Both the position numbers and the translations under genes were made by a program. Shown here one piece after another: positions 1 to 10,300 of a stretch of 64,000 nt of DNA; the first letter of the stretch is position 1; each line of letters starts with the position of its first letter. Origin of the DNA: Thecamonas trahens ATCC 50062 (taxonomy: Eukaryota; Protista; Apusomonadida); the NCBI RefSeq assembly GCF_000142905.1, contig NW_013657670.1, forward strand, positions 87,498-151,497. Reading direction: 5' to 3'. The notes under the pieces were generated by a model. The model was not told the origin of the DNA and did not search any database. It worked only from the letters and a program-made list of their open reading frames with translations.

Positions 1-106
1 AACCCAACCCCGACCCCACCCAACCCCTACCCCTTCCCTTCGTACCAACCCCCAACCCCTACCCCCCCTTCCCCCTACCCCCGTACCCCGCCCCCCCCCC
101 CACCCC

Positions 107-109
<3 letters not shown>

Positions 110-142
<33 letters not shown>

Positions 143-151
143 AACACACAC
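110..151. repeat. (CA)n microsatellite (others near 25792-25816, 26748-26790, 29531-29580, 33936-33958, 40452-40512; (GT)n at 47453-47484)
   Basis: Seen directly; all lie in introns or just 5' of start codons. Confidence 0.9.
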
Positions 152-864
152 ATGTCCAACGAACTCTACCCTGGAGACGACGGGTGGGCACCCGGGGACA
201 TCTTCACTCCGCCCCACCCTGTCCACGGTTGCGTGTGCCCGGTCTGCAAGCTCGAGTACACCGAGCCCGAGCCGGTCTTCCGGCCGTACGCTGTCATGAA
301 GATTGAGCTGAACGGAAGGTACGCCACGTCTTCTTCCCCTTCTCTTCTCTTCTCTCTCTCTCTCTCTCTCTCTCTCCTCTCGTCTCCCCTTCTCCCCCTC
401 CCCCCGCAGCAGCACTAACTTTTTCTCTGCGGGCACACGGCAGCCGGCGCGAGCTGACGCGCGAGGAGTATGGCGAGCTGGAGGAGGAGCTCGACTCGAT
501 TGCCGAGTGGACGCTGCCGCCGCAGGATCAGGGCTGGCATGATGCGCTGATGGGCATTGTGCAGGAGCTGAAGAAGCACCCCAAGGCCGATCTGTTCTCG
601 GTCCCGGTCGATCCGCAGGCCCATGGCGTGCCCGACTACTTTACAGTCATCCACCATCCCATGGACCTCTCCACTGTCGAGACAAACTTGGCTTCTGGCA
701 TCTACCCGGAGCCCGAGATGGTCATCGATGACATTCGTCGCGTCTTTCACAACTGCTTCATCTACAACGGCAAGAACAACTGGGTCACAGACTCTGCACG
801 CACCATCTCCAAGCTCGCTGAGGACGCATTCATCAAGCTCAACGCGCTCGGCATGCGCCAGTAG
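152..864 (+). CDS. Small single-bromodomain protein; exons 152-318 and 444-864
   Basis: C-terminal ADLFSVPVDP..GVPDYFTVIHHPMDLSTVETNL...DIRRVFHNCFIYN is a canonical bromodomain with the conserved Asn. Intron AG|GTACGC (319)...CACTAAC (413-419)...CAG| (443) joins the two ORFs in frame. Confidence 0.85.
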
Positions 865-1236
865 CCGTACTTTGCAACATGGTAAAAGCCCACAACGCGC
901 ACTCACGCCCATCGCCCACTTAGCGAGAGCGGCCGTACCCAGCAGAGGCACTAATGATCCGGACCGTGTCGCCGACCGCGACGGACCCCGCTGCTGCTCC
1001 CGCCTCCGCCGCCCGATCGAGCCCGTCCGCCGCTCGCCACCACACCACGCGCCGCGTGGCTCCGAATGCGGCCACTGATGGCGACCGTCAGCGATGCCAT
1101 CGACGACGAGCCGTCCCGCAAGGTCGAGCTCATGGCCACCCGACAACTCGCCGCCGGCTGTAGCCGGCACAGTCTCGATGTGTGTGGAGTTTGTTGCGTT
1201 TGCTCCACCATATGTGGCTGGCGAAGCTAGTGCTCA

Positions 1237-2628
1237 TCACGGCGACCACTGGACAACCTTGGTCTTGTAAAAAAAGTTAAAGTCCGAGGCCGAGGCAAGG
1301 GTGTACGCGCCCATCATGGGCGAGACAAGCAGATCGCCGACGTTGAGGTCAGGGAGGAGGACGCCCTCGCGGATCGTGTCAAACGAGTCGCAGGTCGGGC
1401 CAGCGAGGACCGAGGGGAACGACTCAATGGCGTGACGAGCGTCGATGCCGGCGCCGGAGCCGACGAGGTACGACTGGAGCGTGGTCTCTCCGCGCTCTGC
1501 AGCGCGGAGAGCCTTGAGCGGAATGATGGTGTCCGTCCGGTGATCAAAGACCTGCGACGAGAACGAGCCGTAGAGACCGTCATCGAGATAGTACCAGTGC
1601 ATGCCGGAGCGTGTCGACTTGCCCATGACCGACGTGACCAGAGTCATGGCTGGCGCCGCGACAAACCGGCCGGGCTCGGCCAGGATCTCGGTGTTGGGAA
1701 AGAGCTCGTCGAGCGCTTCGACCACGGGTTCGCAGTACGTGTCGATGGGCAGGACAGCACCGACGTCCGGGACGGGGAATCCGCCGCCGATGTCGAGGGT
1801 GCGGAGGGCGATGCCCTCGGCGGCGGCCATGTCGAAGAGCTGGCGACAGACCCGGATGGCCTCGACCGACTTGGTCGGCAGCGCCGCGTTGGAGCCGGTG
1901 TGGAAGCAGAGGCCGCGTGTGGGCACACCCGACTCACGCAGCGCCCGCAGCATGCCCATCGCCTCGTGCGGCTGGGCGCCAAACTTGTACGACAGGTCGA
2001 TCGTCGCCTCCATCGATCGGAACGAGAGCCGGAGCATGACCTCGGCGTCGTCCTTGAACGCCGCCATCTTTTCGATCTCGTTGAAGTTGTCCACCACAAA
2101 GGTGGTGCACCCGTACTCGAGCGCAGCTTCCACGTCCTTCTTCCGCTTGATTGGGTGCGTGTGGATGGTCCGGCTCGGGTCGACCCCAAGCTCCTTCATC
2201 ATCTCCACCTCACCGGTCGTCGCGAGGTCGAACATGGCCCCGCGCTCTGCCAGTGCTCGACAGAGATCAATTTGCGGCAGCGACTTGACTGCGTAGTGGA
2301 GCTTTGCCCGCGGAAGTGCGGCCTGCAGCGCCTGGTACTGGCCCCACGCCGCGTCGGTCGACATGATGAACAGTGGCGAGCCGTGCTCAGCCACAAGCGC
2401 CTCAATGACTGCCGTCGATGGCACCGCTCCGGCCAGAGAGTGGTCCTCTTCCTCATACACCTCGTTGGCAAACGGCGCGAGTGGCGAGTCGCGCGGAATC
2501 GGTGGCTGCGCCACCTCAACAGACGCCGCGTCTGCCGCCATCGACACCTGCGTCCGCGCGCTCCCGGCGCGCATCGCACAACGACCAACACGGCTGGCCA
2601 CAGACGAGCTTAGGAAGCAGCGAAGCAT
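1237..2628 (-). CDS. PLP-dependent group IV (beta/alpha-barrel) ornithine/lysine decarboxylase, bacterial L/ODC-like, with N-terminal extension
   Basis: Motifs HYAVKS (PLP Lys), FDLATTGE, KFGA, LDIGGGFP, AEPGRF, GPTCDSFD, MGAYT. First ATG is at 2628. No introns. Confidence 0.92.
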   Translation of the reverse strand: MLRCFLSSSVASRVGRCAMRAGSARTQVSMAADAASVEVAQPPIPRDSPLAPFANEVYEEEDHSLAGAVPSTAVIEALVAEHGSPLFIMSTDAAWGQYQALQAALPRAKLHYAVKSLPQIDLCRALAERGAMFDLATTGEVEMMKELGVDPSRTIHTHPIKRKKDVEAALEYGCTTFVVDNFNEIEKMAAFKDDAEVMLRLSFRSMEATIDLSYKFGAQPHEAMGMLRALRESGVPTRGLCFHTGSNAALPTKSVEAIRVCRQLFDMAAAEGIALRTLDIGGGFPVPDVGAVLPIDTYCEPVVEALDELFPNTEILAEPGRFVAAPAMTLVTSVMGKSTRSGMHWYYLDDGLYGSFSSQVFDHRTDTIIPLKALRAAERGETTLQSYLVGSGAGIDARHAIESFPSVLAGPTCDSFDTIREGVLLPDLNVGDLLVSPMMGAYTLASASDFNFFYKTKVVQWSP

Positions 2629-3786
2629 GGTCAAGTAAAAAGCAAAGGCTTGGATGTCCTTGCTCTCCGAGCTCCGCCCTGCCCGTAAATCCGTCGGCTT
2701 TTGTACCCTCGGTGAGCTGGGGCAGTTGAGCGCGCGTTTTGTCCGCCGCGCGCCACCGCATTTTGTCCCATGTGCTCACCCCTCACCCCTCCGTCCCACG
2801 ACCCACTTTCCACCCGCTACCGCCCTTAACTCGCCCGTTCCGTTGTGCCACCGAATGAACCCTTTGCTGGGCGCATGACCATGTCTGACACTCTACTTTG
2901 CGTCACCTCCTCTCCGCACCCACATCCAGCCTGCGCCAAGCACAATGGCTGCGTAGTTTACAAGATCCACCCTCTGCTTGGCTCTTGCCCGGACACTAGC
3001 AACGCTCTATGTCCCCAGCCTATCACAGCCCAACCCACTACCACCATCATCGTCCATCGCACCCACTATCGGTGAGCAACCCGCATCACAACTCGACCCA
3101 TCTCGATCCTGTTGCAAGTATTTGACATCAATTGACCTGCAATCAAAGCCACGCTGTCAGTCCCGTAGCCGCACCGAACAAAAAAATCTCCGCATCCAAT
3201 CCGTTGACTACATCTAGAATTGTCAACTCGTCCCGTACCGCGGAACCTTCACCTCTACCCACGACTCTCCTCCTCTGCCCTTTGGACCCCCCCCCCCCCC
3301 CACCGTTCAACGGTACGCGCTTATTTCCACCCACCTCCCTGTGCATGCCAAGTAGCCTTGTTCATCGCTGTGGCACAACGTTCTGCGGTCATGCGGTCAT
3401 CCGTATCGGCCGTCAGTCAAAATGTCAAACGTATGCGAGCGGACCGTATGCTGACCAGCATCCACAGAACGCACCCCTCCTCCCTACGTACACACACAGC
3501 AACCCCAAACACCACCATGACAGACGTCTGCAACCATATTATGTTCTTTCTGCGCCCATTCTCTCCTCATTGTGGCAAAACGGCGGAAGAATGCAGGTGA
3601 TGACAGCTACGGCAAGTGCGGCACAGAAAGAGACTAAATTGACTGTCCCGAGTATGGCCACAACAAAACCCGACCCGTTTTCTCGTACTTTTCCCGCACT
3701 TAGTCACTCACACCTTCCTCCCTATCTCTTTTCCTTGAATAGCCCCAGTTGGCGCTAACTCTCTTCTTTTCCTCTTTACCTTTATC

Positions 3787-6700
3787 ATGCGCATGTCGAC
3801 CATGCTTACTTCTGCGCTCTGCTGCGCCATCGCCGTCTTTCTCGTTCTCGTCCCGTCGACCTCGGCCGACATCACTTTCAACTCGATTATCGACTGGGAC
3901 AACTCGACGGTGACGTACCCGCCGCTCTCCCGCTCTGGTGCTGCCGTTGCCCTTGTTGGCGACATCGACGGCGACGGCATTGGTGACGCGGTCTTTGGCT
4001 CGCCACTTGCCAACCTTGGCGACGGCTCCATCACTCTCGTCTTCCTCAACGCCGACGGCACTGTCAAGGCGTCGCGTGTTCTCTCGGGTGCCGACCCGGC
4101 ACTCACCGCCCACCTCTCGCTCTCGCTCGGCCAGTTTGGCTCGGCATCGCCGGCCCAGGCGATCTCGATGGCGACTCGGTGCCTGACCTCCTTGTTGGCG
4201 CTCCGGCCCTCAACGGCGCCACGGGCAAGGTCTTTGTCCTCTTCCTCAACGTCGATGGCTCGATCAAGGGCGTCAACGTCCTCGCGAACGGCATTGGCCC
4301 CGGCACCCTCGGCACCACCCTTCTCCCTGGCGAGCTCTTTGGTGCTGGTCTCTCGGTTGTTGCCGGCGTGCCTGGCGTCAACCCCGCTCTTGAGGTTGTC
4401 GTCGTCATCGGCCTCGCCGCCGGTCGCGACCGCGTCACCCTTCTCCCGCACGGCGCAATCATCATCGCCACCCTCTCGCGGACCGACGGCTCGCTCATCT
4501 CTCACTCGATCCTCGACAACTCGGCTCCCGCTCTGGCGGGCATTGCCCAGGACTCCGGCTTTGGCACTGCCATTGCCGCCGCCGACATCCGCGGCACCGG
4601 CTCACCGGTTCTCGCCATCGGTGCCCCGCTCCATGGCGCGCTTGCCGGTCGCGTCTACCTTCTCGACATCGACTGGGCAACCCACGCCGTCGTCCAGGTC
4701 TCCATTCTTGAGGCCGGTACCCTTGGCTTCCTCCCGTCGCCGCTTCTTGGTGCCAATGCCAAGCTCGGCTCCAGCCTTGCCCTTGCCGACCTCGACGGCG
4801 ACGGTGCCATCGATCTGGTGGCCGGCGCCTCGGGCGCTCTTGACCTCGGCCCCGACTACGGCGTCATCAACGTTCTCATGCTGAATGCGTCTGCCACCGA
4901 CCTCGCTGTTGTTGACTTTTCACGCATCTCCTACTCGGCCGTCCCTGCCCTTCAGTCGCTCCTCTCTATTGGCGCCGAGATCGGCGCCTCGGTCGCCGTC
5001 GGCAACATCGACCTCACCGCCTGCGTCGACATTGTCCTCGGCGGCCCGGCCGCCAACCTCGCCTCCGGTCACGTCTGGGTTGGCGCTTGTGAGCACGTTA
5101 CCCCGTCACCGCCGCCGCCGCCGTCCCCGGGCACTCCGTCGCCGCCGTCCCCGGGCACTCCGTCGCCGCCCACCACGCCGCCGTCGCCGCCGCCGGCATC
5201 GTCGACGACTTCAGACGAGACCCGACCCATCGTGTGGCACCATTCACCGTCAGCCTCACCGGTCGCCGGTGGTACTGTCATGACTCTCACCACCGACTCG
5301 ACCATCGTCGATTTTACCACCGCTTCGGCGGTCACCGTCGAGGTCGCCGTCTACGCATCGGCCGACGATGAGTCCCCGACCTGGGTCACGGTGGAAGCAA
5401 CCGTCAACGCCGCCGGCGAGGTCTCTTTCACCTCGCCGCCGTCTGCCAAGGCTGGCTACACCCATGTCCGCGTCGTCGCCCACGACGAAGCCACTGACTC
5501 GGCCACCCGCTACTGGGTCACTGGCTCGATGTACTACGTCGACTCGGAGTGCACCGATCCCGGCTTTGTCCTCGTCGATGGCGTCTGCCGCGACTGCTCA
5601 GACTTTGAGGGCGCGTACTGCCCTGGTGGCGATCGGTTCTGGGCTCGTCCGGGCTACTGGAACGATGATGAGTCGACACCTCCCGAGCGCTGCCCGGTGC
5701 CTGACGACTGTCCCGGCTACTCGTCTGGCCACGCCTCGGTCCCGCCGTCGTCCGATGACTCATCTGGCAACGGCGCTGGTGCCGACGGCTTTGGCACCTC
5801 GTCGCATGCCTCGTGTGCCCGTGGCCGCACTGGCCACCAGTGTACCTCGTGTGATACTGGCTTCCACATGGCCTCGTTTGGGACGTGCATGCCGTGCGAA
5901 GCCGATGTCACCCGCACCATCATCATCCTCTTCTTCATTCTCTTTTGCATCATCGTCGCTCTCGTCCTCGGCTGCGCCTCGCGCCGCAAGGCTGGCATGT
6001 TTGTTGTCACCCTCATGTCTCTCCAGCTCCTCGCTCTTGCCATCCGCTACCTCGTCGGCCTCTCTTCGGGCATCCCTGGCGTCTCATCGTTCCGGACTCA
6101 GGCCGTCCGCTGGTCGGGCATCATTCTCTTTGATCCGGAGGTCTTTGCCATCGGCTGCACCAAGACTTGGACCGGCCCCTACTTTGTTGCCCTCTACTGC
6201 ATCCTTGTCCTCTTTGCCGCCTTTATGGTCTTTGTGGGCGCCATCATCGGTGCCATCATCCACTCGCGCCTCCACTCTAAGGACGGCGACCTCGAGCTCT
6301 CTGTTCCGCTTTGGGAGCACGGCTCGTCGCTCGGCTCCATCGTTGCCTCTACCTCGCTCCTCAGCATGCAGCCCTCGAACGCCTCGCTTGCTCGTCAGAA
6401 CACCACCGGCAGCTTTATCGGACGCTACGCCGACTCGTCGGACAATGGCTCACCGATGAACTCGCCGCGCGGCAAGGGCGCGTCTCGTCGCGGCTCGCGC
6501 AGTTCGCGCGGTTCGCGCGGTTCGCGCGGCTCGCGTGGTTCGCGCGGCTCGACCACCTGTGACTCGTCGGATTCCGATACCATGGTCTCCGAGTGGACCC
6601 AGGACATGCCGCACACGGTGCCGCTGCGATCGTGGGTCGCCTACGGCATGGCCTTTATGGCTTCGGTCTTCTACACTCCGCTCGCCTACCGCACCTTTGT

Positions 6701-7334
6701 TGGCCTCCGCTGCTTCTACGCCGCCGATCACGTCCAGCGCCTCGACTACGAGATCGCCACCGAGTGCTACAAGGGCACTCACCTCACTGCCGCCATCCTT
6801 CTCCTTTGGCCTATCATGATCGTCTATGTCCTCGGCCTTCCGATCATGACTGCCATCCGTGGCTTTGTTGTCCGCGCGCTCTCCCGGGATCCTGCAGTCC
6901 GCCTCCCCTCTGATGCTATGCGCTTCAACCTCTTCCTGGTTCGGGATGGCCTCCGGTTCCTCTTTGCTGGCCTCACTGCCTCGCGCGCGCCCATCGGCAC
7001 TGTCCCCTTCATCACAGTCCTCGCCATCTCGGCCATCTCGGTCTTTATCCGCCATTCGCCGTCCACCGAGCTGGTCGGCACTGCCGCCGTTGTCGCCACC
7101 TCTATGGTCGCCATCGCCTGGGCGTCTATCTCCCGCTGGCGCGCAATCGCATCTGCGGTCGCAACCACCTGTATCGCTATCGTGGTCGTCGTCATCGCTT
7201 CCGAGGCTGCATCTACCTTTGCCCTCGTCACCACCATCATCATCTACCTCGTCGCCATTTGCGCCGCAGTCGCCACCGCTCGTGCCCGCACAGAGCACAC
7301 CGAAACGACCCGCCCGCGCTACATCGATGAGTAG
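3787..7334 (+). CDS. Receptor-like membrane protein: signal peptide, FG-GAP/integrin-alpha-type propeller repeats, Pro-rich linker, IPT/TIG-like domain, Cys-rich region, multi-TM C-terminus; -1 frameshift near 4142
   Basis: ORF 3787 gives the signal peptide and GDIDGDG..FGSP. ORF 4179 gives GDLDGDSVPDLLVGAP, FGTAIAAADIRG..LAIGAP and DLDGDGAIDLVAGA, then SPSASPVAGGTVMTL (IPT-like), CPGG/YWN Cys-rich repeats and about 8-10 hydrophobic segments. The frames join at TTTGGCTC^GGCATCGCC. Confidence 0.8.
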
Positions 7335-7353
7335 GCCATTTTAAACCAGCTTT

Positions 7354-10300
7354 CTACCCCTCGCTTCTATCTTTGTCCTCGTCCTTGCTGCAGCTGCTCC
7401 AAGACTCGTCTTCGCAGCCACTGCTGGTCGATGCCGACTCGAAGCCTGTTGGCGGCGGCAGCGGCCGTTGCCCAACCAGCGGTGGTAGCAGCGGCAGCAG
7501 CGGCAACCTTCCGGATGCGCCGCTCGACCCGCGGACTGATGGCGATGGCAACGGCGGCACCGACATGCCCATCTCGGCACGCCGCACACGCTCAGCTGCC
7601 GCCAGCCGGACCAGCTCGCTTCCGCCGCCATCAGCCCGCGAGCTCGATCGCCGCATGCCCTTGAACGACCCAACAGAGTGCTCGTGTAGAAACTCGGCAA
7701 CGTCGGCCATCGTCTCCACCGTCACCTTGTAGCACGGAATGATCTTGGCCTTGATTCGTGGTGAGAGCTCACGCCCGAGCATGAACACAATAAACGCCAT
7801 CACACCACCGTTGGCCACCACCAGCGCAATCGCCACCGCAAGGTTGGGCAGAACCACAGGCGCAGCGTGCGAGCCAGAGTTGGCACCAGAGAGAAACAGC
7901 CCACCTACAAGCGTTACCACCATCGCTCCTTGCGAGCTCAGCTCCATCCCGTTCAGCAGCCGTGACCGCAGCGGCATCTGCCGCGACTGCAGCACAATCG
8001 AGAGCACAACTAGGAGCATCGCCAGCCCGACCTGGTGCAGTGGCGACTCGACAAAGACCACAATAAGGAGGCCTGCAACCTTGCGGAGCACAACAACAAA
8101 TTCCCAGTACCAGTGCTGTGCCCGGTAGCCTGAGTACAGAAAGCCAAACGCCACAGACACAAACGCTGACGATCGCAGCACCCGTCGCTCGCGCCACAGT
8201 ACGGCTCCGGCGCCAAGAGGGAGTGCAATCCCGTAAACCACAAGCGTAACAATCGCTGCCACAAAGTACGGTCTGTGCCGCCGCGACAAGCACTCGACAG
8301 AGATGTCCACTTCAAGCCGTCGGATGTCCGTTCGGCACACCAGCATGTTGAGCGATTGCAGGACGAGCGTGGTATGGAGAAGGAAGAACGCAACTGTTGC
8401 CGCGTGCAGAAACGTCCGCACAAGTCCGTCGGCAACGCCGACGCCGTCGTCGCCATCGAGCCCGTGGCTCCGCGGCCGCCACGACGTCCATCCCCGCCGC
8501 ACACACACAAACGCCACTGCGCACCCGAAAGCCACGCCTACGAGCACCACCACAGGCAGGAGGACCGTCGAGACAAACGCGTCGAAAATGCTCCATCGAA
8601 AGAGACACGCCGCTGGCTGGAGCTCGTGGAACGAACCGAGCATGCCCTGCGCAAGATCAAACACCCCAAGCAGACCCACAGTACCAGACCGGTCGCCAAA
8701 CACATCCAGCCGCATCAGCAGCGCCGTCATCTGGGTAAAGTTGATGAGCACCTTCAGAATGACTGCAAGATCCGTCGTCTCCGACACCGTCATCATCGCA
8801 CGTCCCACAACTGCCACCACAAGGCAAATCACAACCAGCAGGACAAGAACAGATTGCCAGACCGGGCCACACGAGACGCACGTCGAGCCGGCTCGCTCAA
8901 ATCCGCTCTCGCACTGCGAGCACACGTACGATCCGTCCACATACCCGGCTCCACAGCTCCCGTTGCGCGCGCCTCCTGGACATGCCGCAGCTACAGCGCA
9001 CGCCACAAACGCTCCACGCTCACTGTCGTACCAATATCCGGCCTGTGTCCGCAACACTCCACCAGCACACACCGCCCCAAGTGGACAGCTCGCGCACCCC
9101 CTCGCTCCGCGCTCCGAGTAGCTTCCGTCGTCACATGCAGTGCACTCGGCCTGCCCGCGGACGGGTGAAAACGTGCCGGCCTGGCATGCCTCACAGCGCG
9201 TCTCGGTCAAACTCTGCTTTGTCCCAGAAATCGCCACCTGCACCGTCGTAGCAAACGATCCAGGCTCACAAGAGACAGTGCAGACAGGATATGCCAGCCC
9301 GGTGTCCACAATCTCACGGCCGCTTGAAGTGCACGGCTCCTGGTCAACGCCCACTACGCCGCGCACCACCTCTTCGAGTCCTGACACCGCCTCGACCACC
9401 AGCTGCCGCGCAGCTGCTACCTCTGCCGCCACCAGAACAACATCATCCCACTCGCCACATCCACATTTTTCGTCGACAGGCACGGCGGTGCTACCCGACA
9501 ACAAAGCATCGGCCGACGCCATTGTCAACTCGAGCATGCTGCCCGCCACCGCCGGTCCCACCACTCGCTGGCCATATCCGTCGCGGAGTGAGGCCCGGAT
9601 CCGAGTCAGTCCGCCGGACCCAGCCCGCGGCAGCAACGTCACTCCCGACACCGTTCTCGCCGCCGGCACCACGTCCCATACCACCTCGGCCGCCGCGCTC
9701 GCCACTTCACTGCCGTACAGCTCTGCAGAGTTGCCAATCACTCCGCTGCTGGCAGCCAGCCCCGCCTCTGCAACCACCGAATACACACCGCCACCAACAT
9801 CAGCTGTGTTCCCGCTCACAACTGCGCCGGAGTCCAGCCACGCCCACGAGCCGCGATCAAAGACAGCAACACCACCACCAGTACCACCAGCCCTGCTTGC
9901 GACGTTATTTGCCACCACTCCGCCACGCACCACCACACACTGCTGCGCCGACGCCGATGCCACGCCGGCCACCGTCCCGCATCCAATGCCACCACCGCCG
10001 GCCTCGAACGCCAGGCAGCCTGTCACTTTGGCACTGTTACCGAGCGTCAGCATCGTCGGCCCTTCAGATAGTTCGACCCACACCCCGCCTCCGGCAGAAG
10101 CACTGCATCCCATTACACTGCTGCCTCGGCCGAGAGTCACATTTGAGGCCGAAACAACCATGCCGCCGCCGACGCCACCGGCCCCTGCACCGGAAATCGT
10201 GCTGGACACCAGAGTGACACGCTGCGTCTGGTGAACATACCACGAGCCTGCGTTCCCGACCGCACCCGATCCATGCGCGCTCGATCTCGAGACCTCGACC

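Noticed and set aside
1-110. Telomere-like C-rich repeats at the window start
   Set aside because: There is no regular CCCTAA period, and similar C-rich tracts precede other genes.
958-1230. Small Cys-rich ORF (1066-1230) after the bromodomain gene
   Set aside because: It is only 54 codons with no recognisable motif and could be 3' UTR.
1432-2613. Long antisense or alternate-frame ORFs (also 9140-10234, 35100-36353, 42120-43628, 52028-53095)
   Set aside because: These are expected shadows of GC-rich coding sequence with strong GC3 bias.
2629-3786. Polyamine-sensing uORF (PPW-type) or antizyme frameshift upstream of the decarboxylase
   Set aside because: I found no PPW-ending uORF or antizyme-like ORF; the short ORFs lack coding bias.
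3787-7334. True integrin alpha
   Set aside because: It has a multi-pass C-terminus, with no thigh/calf domains or GFFKR motif seen.
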